Under the pieces are notes generated by a model. The model had not been told where the DNA came from, did no database searches, and worked only from the letters and a program-made list of their open reading frames with translations. DNA of 64,000 bases from Nemertoderma westbladi (Eukaryota > Animalia > Xenacoelomorpha): the NCBI GenBank assembly GCA_032718475.1, contig JAUCBJ010007419.1, positions 42,952-106,951 on the forward strand, given 5' to 3'. Below are positions 37,545 through 51,400 of the stretch, piece after piece; within the stretch, counting starts at the first letter, position 1; each line of letters starts with the position of its first letter. Position numbers and translations under genes: made by a program.

Positions 37545-38190
37545 TCAAGATAGGAATTCAGACCGAGGTTTAAATGCATTAAAAACATATATGCTTAATT
37601 GCTTTGTTTTGTTCTGAGATGGTAAAGCTAATAACTCAAATAATTTACCAATTGTAGGTAATCTTGCGTATTTAGCGGGAAGAAATTTCTCCCGCAGGGA
37701 TTTATAAAGCGGACACTTCAACAAGAATTGGTATTCGGCCTCAACCTCCCCCAGATCGCAAAGTTGGCACAATATCTCGCCACGCGGAATATTGTGCCAA
37801 CGACCGAGCTCGACCTGCAGACGGTGAGACGAACATCTCAACTTTGTTAATGTCCGACGCAGGGTTGGGTAACCACTCATATAGTTTAGATACTGCTCCA
37901 TACCAAACGAGTGTTTAACATACCACAAACTACGTGAGGTACTAGCTAAATTAGTCCACCATGTTTGAATGAAATTATCTTTTACTATTGGCGATAGCTG
38001 ACTTATAATAAGTATTTTAGAATCGGGAACAAATTGATTATCCCATATGTAGTTTAGTCCTGCGCCATACAACAAATCACGTACATTCGAGACCCAGTTA
38101 GTTGTCCCATGTTCCGAGTGTTCCAACAGTAAAAGGTAAGCCTGTTTCACTAAACGGGAACATTTGTACAATTATACACCTAACTGCATG
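37545..38190 (-). mobile_element. 5'-truncated LINE ORF2 C-terminus (L2/Crack/Daphne-like)
   Basis: NWVSNVRDLL..GLNYIW.NQ, EQYL, LTKLRCSSHRLQVELGRW and CQLCDLGEVE.EY(Q)FLLKCPLY are the typical C-terminal motifs. The zinc-finger His is mutated to Gln. Confidence 0.88.
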
Positions 38191-41100
38191 GTCTATTAAT
38201 GTTGTGCTAACTGCAAACCCGAACAGTATTATTATAGATCTAACTGCATGGTCTATTAATGTTGTACTAACTGCAAAACCCGAACAGTATTATTGTACAC
38301 CTAACTGCATGGTTTATTAATGTTTTGCTAACTGCAAAACCCGAACAGTATTATTGTAGACCTAACTGCATGTTCTATTAATGTTGTGCTAACTGCAAAC
38401 CCGAACAGTATTATTATACACCTAACTGCATGGTCTATTAATGTTGTGCTAACTGCAAAACCCGAACAGTATTATTGTACACCTAACTGCATGGTCTATT
38501 AATGTTGTGCTAACTGCAAAACCCGAACAGTATTATTGTACACCTAACTGCATGGTCTATTAATGTTGTGCTAACTGCAAACCCCGAACAGTATTATTGT
38601 ACACCTAACTGCATGGTCTATTAATGTTGTGCTAACTGCAAACCCGAAAAGTATTATTATACACCTAACTGCATGGTCTATTAATGTTGTGCTAACTGCA
38701 AACCCGAAAAGTATTATTGTACACCTAACTGCATGGTCTATTAATGTTGTGCTAACTGCAAAACCCGAACAGTATTATTGTACACCTAACTGCATGGTCT
38801 ATTAATGTTGTGCTAACTGCAAACCCGAAAAGTATTATTATACACCTAACTGCATGGTCTATTAATGTTGTGCTAACTGCAAATCCGAACAGTATTACTA
38901 TACACCTAACTGCATGGTCTATTAATGTTGTACTAACTACAAAACCCGAACAGTATTATTGTAGACCTAACTGCATGTTCTATTAATGTTGTGCTAACTG
39001 CAAACCCGAACAGTATTATTATACACCTAACTGCATGGTCTATTAATGTTGTGCTAACTGCAAAACCCGAACAGTATTATTGTACACCTAACTGCATAGT
39101 CTATTAATGTCGTGCTAACTGCAAAACCCGAACAGTATTATTATACACCTAACTGCATGGTCTATTAATGTTGTGCTAACTGCAAAACCCGAACAGTATT
39201 ATTGTACACCTAACTGCATGGTCTATTAATGTTGTGCTAACTGCAAAACCCGAACAGTATTATTGTACACCTAACTGCATGGTCTATTAATGTTGTTCTA
39301 ACTGCAAACCCGAACAGTATTATTATACACCTAACTGCATGGTCTATTAATGTTGTGCTAACTGCAAAACCCGAACAGTATTATTGTACACCTAACTGCA
39401 TGGTCTATTAATGTTGTGCTAACTGCAAACCCGAACAGTATTATTATACACCTAACTGCATGGTCTATTAATGTTGTGCTAACTGCAAAACCCGAACAGT
39501 ATTATTGTACACCTAACTGCATGGTCTATTAATGTTGTGCTAACTGCAAAACCCGAACAGTATTATTGTACACCTAACTGCATGGTCTATTAATGTTGTG
39601 CTAACTGCAAACCCGAAAAGTATTATTATACACCTAACTGCATGGTCTATTAATGTTGTGCTAACTGCAAACCCGAACAGTATTATTATACACCTAACTG
39701 CATCGTCTATTAATGTTGTGATACCTGCAAACCCCGAACAGTATTATTGTACACCTAACTGCATGGTCTATTAATGTTGTGCTAACTGCAAACCCGAACA
39801 GTATTATTATACACCTAACTGCATGGTCTATTAATGTTGTGCTAACTGCAAAACCCGAACAGTATTATTGTACACCTAACTGCATGGTCTATTAATGTTG
39901 TGCTAACTGCAAACCCGAACAGTATTATTATACACCTAACTGCATGGTCTATTAATGTTGTGCTAACTGCAAAACCCGAACAGTATTATTGTACACCTAA
40001 CTGCATGGTCTATTAATGTTGTGCTAACTGCAAAACCCGAACAGTATTATTATACACCTAACTGCATGGTCTATTAATGTTGTGCTAACTGCAAACCCGA
40101 ACAGTATTATTATACACCTAACTGCATGGTCTATTAATGTTGTGCTAACTGCAAAACCCGAACAGTATTATTATACACCTAACTGCATGGTCTATTAATG
40201 TTGTGCTAACTGCAAACCCGAACAGTATTATTATACACCTAACTGCATGGTCTATTAATGTTGTGCTAACTGCAAAACCCGAACAGTATTATTGTACACC
40301 TAACTGCATGGTCTATTAATGTTGTGCTAACTGCAAAACCCGAACAGTATTATTGTACACCTAACTGCATGGTCTATTAATGTTGTGCTAACTGCAAACC
40401 CGAACAGTATTATTATACACCTAACTGCATGGTCTATTAATGTTGTGCTAACTGCAAAACCCGAACAGTATTATTATACACCTAACTGCATGGTCTATTA
40501 ATGTTGTGCTAACTGCAAAACCCGAACAGTATTATTGTACACCTAACTGCATGGTCTATTAATGTTGTGCTAACTGCAAAACCCGAACAGTATTATTGTA
40601 CACCTAACTGCATGGTCTATTAATGTTGTGCTAACTGCAAACCCGAACAGTATTATTATACACCTAACTGCATGGTCTATTAATGTTGTGCTAACTGCAA
40701 ACCCGAACAGTATTATTATACACCTAACTGCATGGTCTATTAATGTTGTGCTAACTGCAAAACCCGAACAGTATTATTGTACACCTAACTGCATGGTCTA
40801 TTAATGTTGTGCTAACTGCAAAACCCGAACAGTATTATTGTACACCTAACTGCATGGTCTATTAATGTTGTGCTAACTGCAAACCCGAACAGTATTATTA
40901 TACACCTAACTGCATGGTCTATTAATGTTGTGCTAACTGCAAAACCCGAACAGTATTATTGTACACCTAACTGCATGGTCTATTAATGTTGTGCTAACTG
41001 CAAAACCCGAACAGTATTATTGTACACCTAACTGCATGGTCTATTAATGTTGTGCTAACTGCAAACCCGAACAGTATTATTATACACCTAACTGCATGGT

Positions 41101-43493
41101 CTATTAATGTTGTGCTAACTGCAAAACCCGAACAGTATTATTATACACCTAACTGCATGGTCTATTAATGTTGTGCTAACTGCAAAACCCGAACAGTATT
41201 ATTATACACCTAACTGCATGGTCTATTAATGTTGTGCTAACTGCAAAACCCGAACAGTATTATTGTACACCTAACTGCATGGTCTATTAATGTTGTGCTA
41301 ACTGCAAAACCCGAACAGTATTATTGTACACCTAACTGCATGGTCTATTAATGTTGTGCTAACTGCAAACCCGAACAGTATTATTATACACCTAACTGCA
41401 TGGTCTATTAATGTTGTGCTAACTGCAAAACCCGAACAGTATTATTGTAGACCTAACTGCATGGTCTATTAATGTTGTGCTAACTGCAAAACCCGAACAG
41501 TATTATTATACACCTATAACTGCATTGTCTATTAATGTTGTGCTAACTGCAAACCCGAACAGTATTATTATACACCTAACTGCATGGTCTATTAATGTTG
41601 TGCTAACTGCAAACCCGAACAGTATTATTATAGATCTAACTGCATGGTCTATTAATGTTGTGCTAACTGCAAACGCGAACAGTATTATTGTACATCTAAC
41701 TGCATGGTCTATTAATGTTGTGCTAACTGCAAACGCGAACAGTATTATTGTACATCTAACTGCATGGTCTATTAATGTTGTGCTAACTGCAAACGCGAAC
41801 AGTATTATTGTACATCTAACTGCATGGTCTATTAATGTTGTGCTAACTGCAAACGCGAACAGTATTATTGTACATCTAACTGCATGGTCTATTAATGTTG
41901 TGCTAACTGCAAACGCGAACAGTATTATTATACACCTAACTGCATGGTCTATTAATGTTGTGCTAACTGCAAAACCCGAACAGTATTATTATACACCTAA
42001 CTGCATGGTCTATTAATGTTGTACTAACTGCAAAACCCGAACAGTATTATTGTAGACCTAACTGCATGGTCTATTAATGTTGTGCTAACTGCAAAACCCG
42101 AACAGTATTATTGTAGACCAAACTGCATGGTCTATTAATGTTGTGCTAACTGCAAAACCCGAACAGTATTATTGTAGACCTAACTGCATGGTCTATTAAT
42201 GTTGTGCTAACTGCAAAACCCGAACAGTATTATTGTACACCTAACTGCATGGTCTATTAATGTTGTGCTAACTGCAAACCCGAACAGTATTATTATACAC
42301 CTATAACTGCATGGTCTATTAATGTTGTGCTAACTGCAAAACCCGAACAGTATTATTATACACCTAACTGCATGGTCTATTAATGTTGTGCTAACTGCAA
42401 ACGCGAACAGTATTATTGTACATCTAACTGCATGGTCTATTAATGTTGTGCTAACTGCAAACGCGAACAGTATTATTGTACATCTAACTGCATGGTCTAT
42501 TAATGTTGTGCTAACTGCAAACGCGAACAGTATTATTGTACATCTAACTGCATGGTCTATTAATGTTGTGCTAACTGCAAACGCGAACAGTATTATTGTA
42601 CATCTAACTGCATGGTCTATTAATGTTGTGCTAACTGCAAACGCGAACAGTATTATTGTACATCTAACTGCATGGTCTATTAATGTTGTGCTAACTGCAA
42701 AACCCGAACAGTATTATTGTACATCTAACTGCATGGTCTATTAATGTTGTGCTAACTGCAAACGCGAACAGTATTATTGTACACCTAACTGCATGGTCTA
42801 TTAATGTTGTGCTAACTGCAAAACCCGAACAGTATTATTGTAGACCTAACTGCATGGTCTATTAATGTTGTGCTAACTGCAAACCCGAACAGTATTATTA
42901 TACACCTATAACTGCATGGTCTATTAATGTTGTGCTAACTGCAAAACCCGAACAGTATTATTATACACCTAACTGCATGGTCTATTAATGTTGTGCTAAC
43001 TGCAAAACCCGAACAGTATTATTGTAGACCTAACTGCATGGTCTATTAATGTTGTGCTAACTGCAAACCCGAACAGTATTATTATACACCTATAACTGCA
43101 TGGTCTATTAATGTTGTGCTAACTGCAAAACCCGAACAGTATTATTATACACCTAACTGCATGGTCTATTAATGGGGTGCTAACTGCAAACGCGAACAGT
43201 ATTATTGTACATCTAACTGCATGGTCTATTAATGTTGTGCTAACTGCAAACGCGAACAGTATTATTGTACATCTAACTGCATGGTCTATTAATGTTGTGC
43301 TAACTGCAAACGCGAACAGTATTATTGTACATCTAACTGCATGGTCTATTAATGTTGTGCTAACTGCAAACCCGAACAGTATTATTGTACACCTAACTGC
43401 ATGGTCTATTAATGTTGTGCTAACTGCAAAACCCGAACAGTATTATTGTACACCTAACTGCATGGTCTATTAATGTTGTACTAACTGCAAACT
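38170..43493. repeat. 60-61 bp satellite (CTAACTGCATGGTCTATTAATGTTGTGCTAACTGCAAAACCCGAACAGTATTATTGTACAC), ~88 copies
   Basis: Directly visible. Internal CTAACTGCA subrepeat. The AAACGCG/ACATCT variant is confined to blocks after ~41670. Confidence 0.97.
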
Positions 43494-44246
43494 AAGTATT
43501 TAAACAGGATCAAAACATTTCAGCATTTCCGTAATTTGGCTCAGTGATCCCTATTTTGGCAATCGGGATACCTGATTTTTTGGACCGGGATTTTCATTTA
43601 TCAGAAAAACTTGTCAAAGCTTACAGTAGTGACGCTTTAATATGAGAAATTCACTAGGATTCCTTTCATTGTTCTTTCATAAGGTAAAAATTACCAAAAT
43701 TATCGTATAATTATCAATTTTTATATTTAATTACTCCTACGCGGTTAGAATTCACTCAAAGGAATTATTTATGTGGGTGTAAGTTATTCTGAGCAGCTAT
43801 CATTATAGTGAATATTATTAATTTGTTTTGAATTGTTAACTATTAATAAGACTCATATTGTATTTATTGATTCACTAATTAATAATTAAATTTTTGCTAA
43901 AGTTTGAGTTATGTATTATTTATTATATCTCAACAATACTGTAGACTAAACGAAGAAAAATTCTAATAACGATTGTCTGTCTACAGTATGTGTAAGTTTT
44001 CCATTTCACCATTCTTATTCGTTTCAGTCTGGGAATAAATTTCGGTTTGCATATGTTTCATTAGACTAGTTGTCAATGTCCAGGTAAGGAACTATTAGGT
44101 TTCCATGACAATACACAGTAATCCGGTTAGTAATTTGTTTAGAGTTTCAAAATAAAGTAATAAGTTAGGACTTTATCGCTCCCGGAGTTTATGGAACGAT
44201 TTTATTATTAATTGATAAGTGTGAAATTGGCAATTCGCGAAACGGA

Positions 44247-45028
44247 GGGGTATTCGCATACAACATTCAGCGAGTTAGCGTATTGGGGTATTCGCATACA
44301 ACATTCAGCGAGTTAGCGTATTGTGGTATTCGCATACAACATTCAGCGAGTTAGCGTATTGGGGTATTCGCATACAACATTCAGCGAGTTAGCGTATTGT
44401 GGTATTCGCATACAACATTCAGCGAGTTAGCGTATTGGGGTATTCGCATACAACATTCAGCGAGTTAGCGTATTGGGGTATTCGCATACAACATTCAGCG
44501 AGTTAGCGTATTGGGGTATTCGCATACAACATTCAGCGAGTTAGCGTATTGTGGTATTCGCATACAACATTCAGCGAGTTAGCGTATTGGGGTATTCGCA
44601 TACAACATTCAGCGAGTTAGCGTATTGGGGTATTCGCATACAACATTCAGCGAGTTAGCGTATTGGGGTATTCGCATACAACATTCAGCGAGTTAGCGTA
44701 TTGGGGTATTCGCATACAACATTCAGCGAGTTAGCGTATTGGGGTATTCGCATACAACATTCAGCGAGTTAGCGTATTGGGGTATTCGCATACAACATTC
44801 AGCGAGTTAGCGTATTGGGGTATTCGCATACAACATTCAGCGAGTTAGCGTATTGGGGTATTCGCATACAACATTCAGCGAGTTAGCGTATTGGGGTATT
44901 CGCTTACAACATTCAGCGAGTTAGCGTATTGGGGTATTCGTATACAACATTCAGCGAGTTAGCGTATTGGGGTATTCGCTTACAACATTCAGCGAGTTAG
45001 CGTATTGGGGTATTCGCATACAACATTC
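44247..45028. repeat. 38-bp tandem array (GGGGTATTCGCATACAACATTCAGCGAGTTAGCGTATT), ~20 copies, cut by the LTR
   Basis: Directly visible. Ends mid-monomer at the TG of the 5' LTR. Confidence 0.96.
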
Positions 45029-45841
45029 TGTTAATGCAAGTCAGTCTGCAAGTCAAGCGTAACAATGGCGTAGCATTAAAATATTTCTAGTGCGTCATTA
45101 AAGAGCGTAGCATTAAAATATTTATAGTGCGCTCTATCTAAGAAAACAAATAAGTTCAAATAATATAATAATGTAATAAAAGAATAAAGTTATTTAAAGT
45201 AAATAAATAAATGATGTAATAAAGTAAATAAATAAATAAAGTTACATTATCTCATTCTACCATTCCATACCTATAATCCAATAACTCAATATCATCCCGC
45301 TTCTAGTCACTTTCAGATTTATACTTTGACTGAAACACAATATAATGTCAACACAGTGACAAGTGACAGTGTTAATTGGTCAGCTCTTATTGGTTATCTA
45401 ACCACACCACCAATATCAAGGCTCATGAAATCAGCTTTCCTACATTGTAACTAACCCATTATCATCTCATATCATCTCTTCATCACGTATGAGTATATAA
45501 GGCAGCACACAACATTCATTAGTTGGTAGTGCCAGTGATTTGTTGTTATGGGTTTATAGATTATTATATGTTAGTAGATTATTTAGTGAATATCGATTTA
45601 AGTATAATTTAGGCCAATATATTGTATCATATCAATGAGCGTTATTATAACAAATAATACTTTAATAATATTCCAATATTTTACTAGACATAACTCTATA
45701 TTCCGATCCACAATAAAGGGCACGAAGCATTACCCACAAATAAATTCCTTTCGGCACGGAATTTACTTAGATATGTTTTTACATATTCATATTTCACTAA
45801 GGTCAATATCTATTGACAAATGATAATGTTTTGCCGGAACA
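45029..45841 (+). repeat. 5' LTR (813 bp)
   Basis: TGTTAATGCAAG...GCCGGAACA. By eye it differs from the 3' LTR by one 4-bp AATA indel and one substitution. TATATAA at ~45494. Confidence 0.97.
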
Positions 45842-45975
45842 TTTAATAACAACAAATCAAATATACAAATTAAATTAACTAATAATAAATTAATAGATAA
45901 TTTAGTTTACTGTAATTTAATAAATTCATAGAAGTAAATTTACAGTACGTAGTTGTAATACTATTGTTAATAACA

Positions 45976-48415
45976 ATGGATGAAACATTGGTGCCATCAC
46001 ACGCTGACGAAGATGAGGAGAGTCCTTCTATGGACAGTGACGATGATGGTGAGTCAGTATCTTCAAATATATTGTTAAATCCTTTATCTTCTACACAGAT
46101 ACAAGACGCGTTTGTTACAGCATCAACTGCTGGTACCCAAAATATAGGTAGTGCTAACGGTGTATTTCAGCAGTCTGAGAGAACCGTGCGTCAAAAAACG
46201 CGGCAGCAAACAAAAAAAAAACTACTCAAATATTGATACCGAAGTTATCTGATGTTAAGAATTCTATAAGGGGACATAAATCATTTTTTACCTTAAAATA
46301 TAACAAAATCAAAAGGGATTCTTTGAAGGATTATGATGAGATTAATATAAAGAGATTACACAGTTTGTGTATATCATCGCAAGAACAGTCATGAAATCTT
46401 TAACGAAACCCATATTAGTTTGTTAGAACATTCTAAAGAAGGGGCTGACGATTTGTTACAATATTTTGAGAAACATAACATCGATATGGAACAAAAAATT
46501 TATGAAATTGACGAATTTCTAAGATCCAAACAACGTTTTATTCAAACATCCCTAAGAGAACATTCTGCCTTTACATCAGATAACTTACCTTTGAATAAAT
46601 TACAAGATAAATCTGTAGGAGGTTCTATTCATTCCATGGCTTCTGTAGCAAGTTCAACTAAATTAATTAGAGCAATGGCAAAATTAGAAACCAAGCGACT
46701 GGAAGTGAAGCAGGGCTCTAGAATGCGTGAATTAGAAGCCAAGATGAAAGAATCTCTAGCAGCAGCTGCTGCAGAGGATGAATTAGAGAGGGCCAGTTTG
46801 GATGTAACGCTGGCTATAGCAGAGCAAAGCTTGTTGGGGGAAACGCCTCAAGGTGAATCCATTCTAAGTAAAAAATTTAGTGCTATCATAAAGCAGAATA
46901 ATCCAGACGAGTCTGTGGGACACTTAGTTGAAGCAACAACTTGTAAAGAGTACCCTCCAGTCTCTATATCGACATCGGGACTGACAGCAGAGGCAGTAAC
47001 CGAACCAATTAAATCAAATGTTAAACAACCAAACACCATGAGGTCTACTGTTGTCCAAAATAGTGTACCACATTGTGATGCGCCATTTAACACAAATAGT
47101 TACAATGTCGGGACACAAAAACATAGACCACAGGCCCGTCCCCAAAATGTATCGCAGCCATTCATGGGTAGTTGTGTACCAGACGTACCATTTAATCCAT
47201 ATGCAGCTGCTAGTAGTAATAGCGCTACTAATAGTTACCATAACAATACTGGTACTACAACAGCCAATAGAGTATCCTTCGGTGGCTCTAATGATGCTCC
47301 ACTTAGTAACCCCAACGATTACTATAACTGGCAACCGCAGAGTAATTATAGTGCACATGGTACTATGCCAGAATCAATAGCTTTGCAGTTTTCTCCTATA
47401 TATAAGCCTAATGGCTATTCTACTTCAAATATACCTAGTGCTACTAGTAATGTATGCAACGGGAGGGGATATAGTCATATACCTCAACCAAATAATCATA
47501 ATTTTTTACCAAATGTTGGTAATACTCAAATGTATAATATGACGAACCCTATGTCCACTAGGGTAGATATTAATAACACAACTGCAGCCCAAACTTTGGC
47601 AGCTTTAGGAAATTTTAACACTAAACTGTCTTTACCGAAACCTGAGCCAATCAAATTCACAGGAGACCCATCTGATTATATTTCCTTTGTAGCTCTACCT
47701 TTAGATCGCAAGTAGACTGCCATCCCTTTTCTGATGTAGAAAAGCTAGCCTATTTGATTCAATACACAGATCTAGACGCTCGTAAATTAATTAAGGATTT
47801 AAATGGGTTTGCTGATGGCTATAAATTGGCATGGGAGCGTTTGCACGAACGTTATGGACACCCGAGCACAATAGTAGAGTCTACATTACGTGACCTAACT
47901 GAGAATGTTAATTTAGAAGGAAGTGCAGATCAAAGAAAGATGAAATTACGGCAATATGCGGATAAAATTAAGAGCAAAGTAGATGTCCAAAAGCATTTTT
48001 CTGAATCCCAGCAGATGAATGCCACCAGTAACCTGAGAAGTGTTGCGGGTAATTTACCAGAGCGAGATCAGTTCGCATGGATAAAGAGGGCACAGAAAAT
48101 GCGTAAGCAATATAACAGAGAGCCAAATCTTGAAGATTTGTCCGACTTTGTTAAAGAATTAGCTGATCAATTAAACGATCCAGTTTATAGTTTATCACAT
48201 ACGAAGTCTCAAAATAATAAACATAATAGCTCGCGCAGTGAGATTGAGTATGCTAAATCTAAACTAGAACCCAGGCCAAAGGTGACAACATTAAATACCG
48301 ATATATCAAGTAATAGTAATAATAAGCGAGAGGAATGTGATATACTGTACCACAGTTAGATAAAGTCGGTAATACACCTAGGCCGAAGCAATGTATAAAA
48401 TGTAACGGAGAGCAT
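45976..48415 (+). pseudogene. gag: BEL/Pao gag, frameshifted
   Basis: LPKPEPIKFTGDP.DY..F, EKLAYLIQYT, Y..AWERLHERYG and LEDLSDFV motifs, spread over several frames with shifts near 46215, 46385, 47695 and 48345. Confidence 0.85.
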
Positions 48416-51400
48416 TTGATAAGAGAATGTCCAGATTATTTGAAATGGACGTTTGGTAAAAGATCCATTTACGTTAAAGGGAATAATTTGTGCAGAAACT
48501 GTTTGAGGAAGGGCCATAATACATATAATTGCAAAAATTATTTACGATGTGAGGTAGAAGGTTGTGGGCGAAAGCATCATACTAGTTTACACGATCACAC
48601 CTATTTAGCAAAACACAAGTCTACAACAGAGCCTATACCACCATCACACAATAATGGACAATCCACACCCAAGGCAGATATGAGTGAAGGGGAAATTTCG
48701 GCGACAAGTACTGCAGTTACCAGTGGCCATGACGTCATCAATTATTCGCAAATAGTAACGCCAGCTGTGTGGTTATCAGTTGTACCAGTTGAATTGCATT
48801 TAAAGGATAAATTTATTACGACATTTGCACTGCTTGACCCCGGGTCAACTACATCAGTAATAGATGAATCACTTGTTAAGCAGCTTGGCATAGAAATGTC
48901 TACAACTTCTTTGAATGTTAAAACTGTTTTTGAACCAGACAAGGATGTAGATGTGGGGTTTACTTCGTGTGTGATTAAACCTGTTAAAGGAAAATTAGAT
49001 ATAGATAACGATTTCAAAATCACAATAGATAAGGTGTATGTAGTGCCTAATTTTCGACATGCATACAAATATGACATAAGGAAAATTAATTTAAACTTAT
49101 GGCCACACTTAAGTGATATAGAATCTCATTTAGTTAATCCAAATGTTGATGTTGGAGACGTTACAATATTGCTGGGATGCAATAAACCACGTGCATTGTT
49201 GTATGATCAACTGAGAGTTTGTAGTTCTGTTGAGGATGGACCGGTAGCAATTCGGACACCTTTCGGATGGTGTGTAAAGGGTCCGGTAGGGTCTACCCCT
49301 ACAGAATCTGGTGAAAATGAAAACTTAAACTTTACACAAACAAGAATAGCGAATAGTTCAGATGAGCTGAACGTCCAGGTAAAACAATTGTTAGGTCTTG
49401 AACGTTTTCCAAATAATATAAGACAACAATATAATCTAACACCAGAGCTTGATGACGAAAATTTAGCTTATTCGCAAGATGATCTAAAGGCACTAAAAAT
49501 AATGAGAGAAACAACGAAGTTAGTTGATGGACGTTTCCAAATTGGAATGCTTTGGAAAACTAGGCCCCCAAAGCTTATTAACAATTACGTTATTGCACGA
49601 GCACGTCTCGGACATTTATTATCTCGTCTAAAATCCAAACCAATTATTAGGAGACTGTATCAAGAGAATCTAAATAACTATATGGATAAAGGATTCCTGC
49701 GGAAGCTGACGGACTCAGAATTATCTCCCGGCCCACAGAGTTACTACTTACCCCACCATTACGTGGAGAACATTAACAAACCTGGGAAAATCAGGATTGT
49801 CAATGATGCCGCTGCTACATACAAGGGTCATTCCTTAAACTCTGAGCTTTTAGAAGGACCTAATTTAACTGAAAAAATTATAGGAGTGTTAACCAGCTTT
49901 CGTCAATATCCGTATGCCTTCACAGCAGACATTGAAGGTATGTTTCATCAGGTAGGAGTACCTCCTGAGGATAGTGACAGTTTACGGTTGTTATGGAAAC
50001 CTGAAGGATCTGACAGCATAGATACCTATGTTATGACACGCCATATATTTGGAGCTAAGGACAGTTCATGTGTGTCCTCATATGCACTCAAGAAGTGTGG
50101 ATGGGATAATAAGGATCTTTATGATCGCAATATCATTATGACTATATTGAAATCATTTTATGTAGATGATTGTGCACGCTCTGCAAAGTCGCATAAAGAA
50201 TTAATAGCAATAGCTAGTGGTGCAGTAGAGATCTTAGGCAAGTATGGGTTTAGGTTAACGAAATTTAACTCAAATTCAAAGGAATTTATAAATTCCTTAC
50301 CCATAACTGAAAGGGATAATGGTATTATTGACTTAGATTTCGATAAGTTGCCTGTTTGTAGAGTTTTGGGAGTTATGTGGGATACAGAATCAGATCGAAT
50401 AGTATTTCATTATAAGGAGAAGCCGGTAGGAACCACCAAGAGGGAATGTTTGGCGGTTTTGAGTTCTATTTATGACCCTTTGAACATACTTTGTCCATTC
50501 TTAATCGCCGGTAGAATTATACTTCAGAGGATGTGGAAAGCAGATTTAGGTTGGAACGAAAAACTCACTGTTAGTTTGCAGAAACAATGGAGTAAGTGGC
50601 AGGACCAGATAAAAATATTATCAAACATATCTATCCCTAGGTCGTATTTTTCTGTGGACTTAGTCTTGGACAATGACGCCGTATGTGAGTTGCACCATTT
50701 TGCTGATGCTTCAGACCTAGCATATGGTTCGGTATCTTACATTCGAATTATATCGGGGACAACCTTTACTGTCTCATATTTATTTTCTAAGGGTAATATT
50801 GTGCCTATAGCAAACAAGCCGTCAGTAGCACGCCGAGAACTACAGGCAGCAAATGATGCTGTGCTGATTAATAGACAATTGATAAATGAGTTAGAGGAAC
50901 TTGAAATTAGTAGAAGTACCTTTTGGAGTGATTCAACTATTGTTTTAGGACAGATAAATAACGATAATAAGCAATTTAAGCGATTCGTAGCAAATCGGGT
51001 TCAAACCATATTGCAGTTATCAGACAGGAGCCAATGGAGACACGTTCCTGGGGTAGATAACCCAGCCGATGACGTTAGTCGTGGTTTGTCAGCCGGCGCC
51101 CTTTCTAAATCGGGAATGTGGTTTACGGGTCCCGAGTTCCTCAGTCAGGATGAGTCTAGATGGCCTCCAAATACCTTATTTGACATAAGCGATAATGATC
51201 CAGATGTTAAAATTAATCATACCAATATAAAGGACATTGGTACTGACGAGGACGATAATTCTGAGAACCTTATTGATTTTTGGCGAGATACATTAACAGA
51301 GTCATTGAACTTAAGTATACGAAAGGTAAAGACGGAGGGTAATAGTAGCGTCCCTCAAAACAACATTCCTCTTGATACCCTAATTAGTAAATATTCATCT

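Noticed and set aside
44247-45028. CRISPR array (38-bp repeats; also the 36- and 42-bp arrays)
   Set aside because: The repeats are head-to-tail with no unique spacers, there are no cas genes, and the context is eukaryotic.
45635-45823. Duplicated 62-aa ORF (also 54153-54341)
   Set aside because: It lies within the two LTR copies, and there is no coding evidence.
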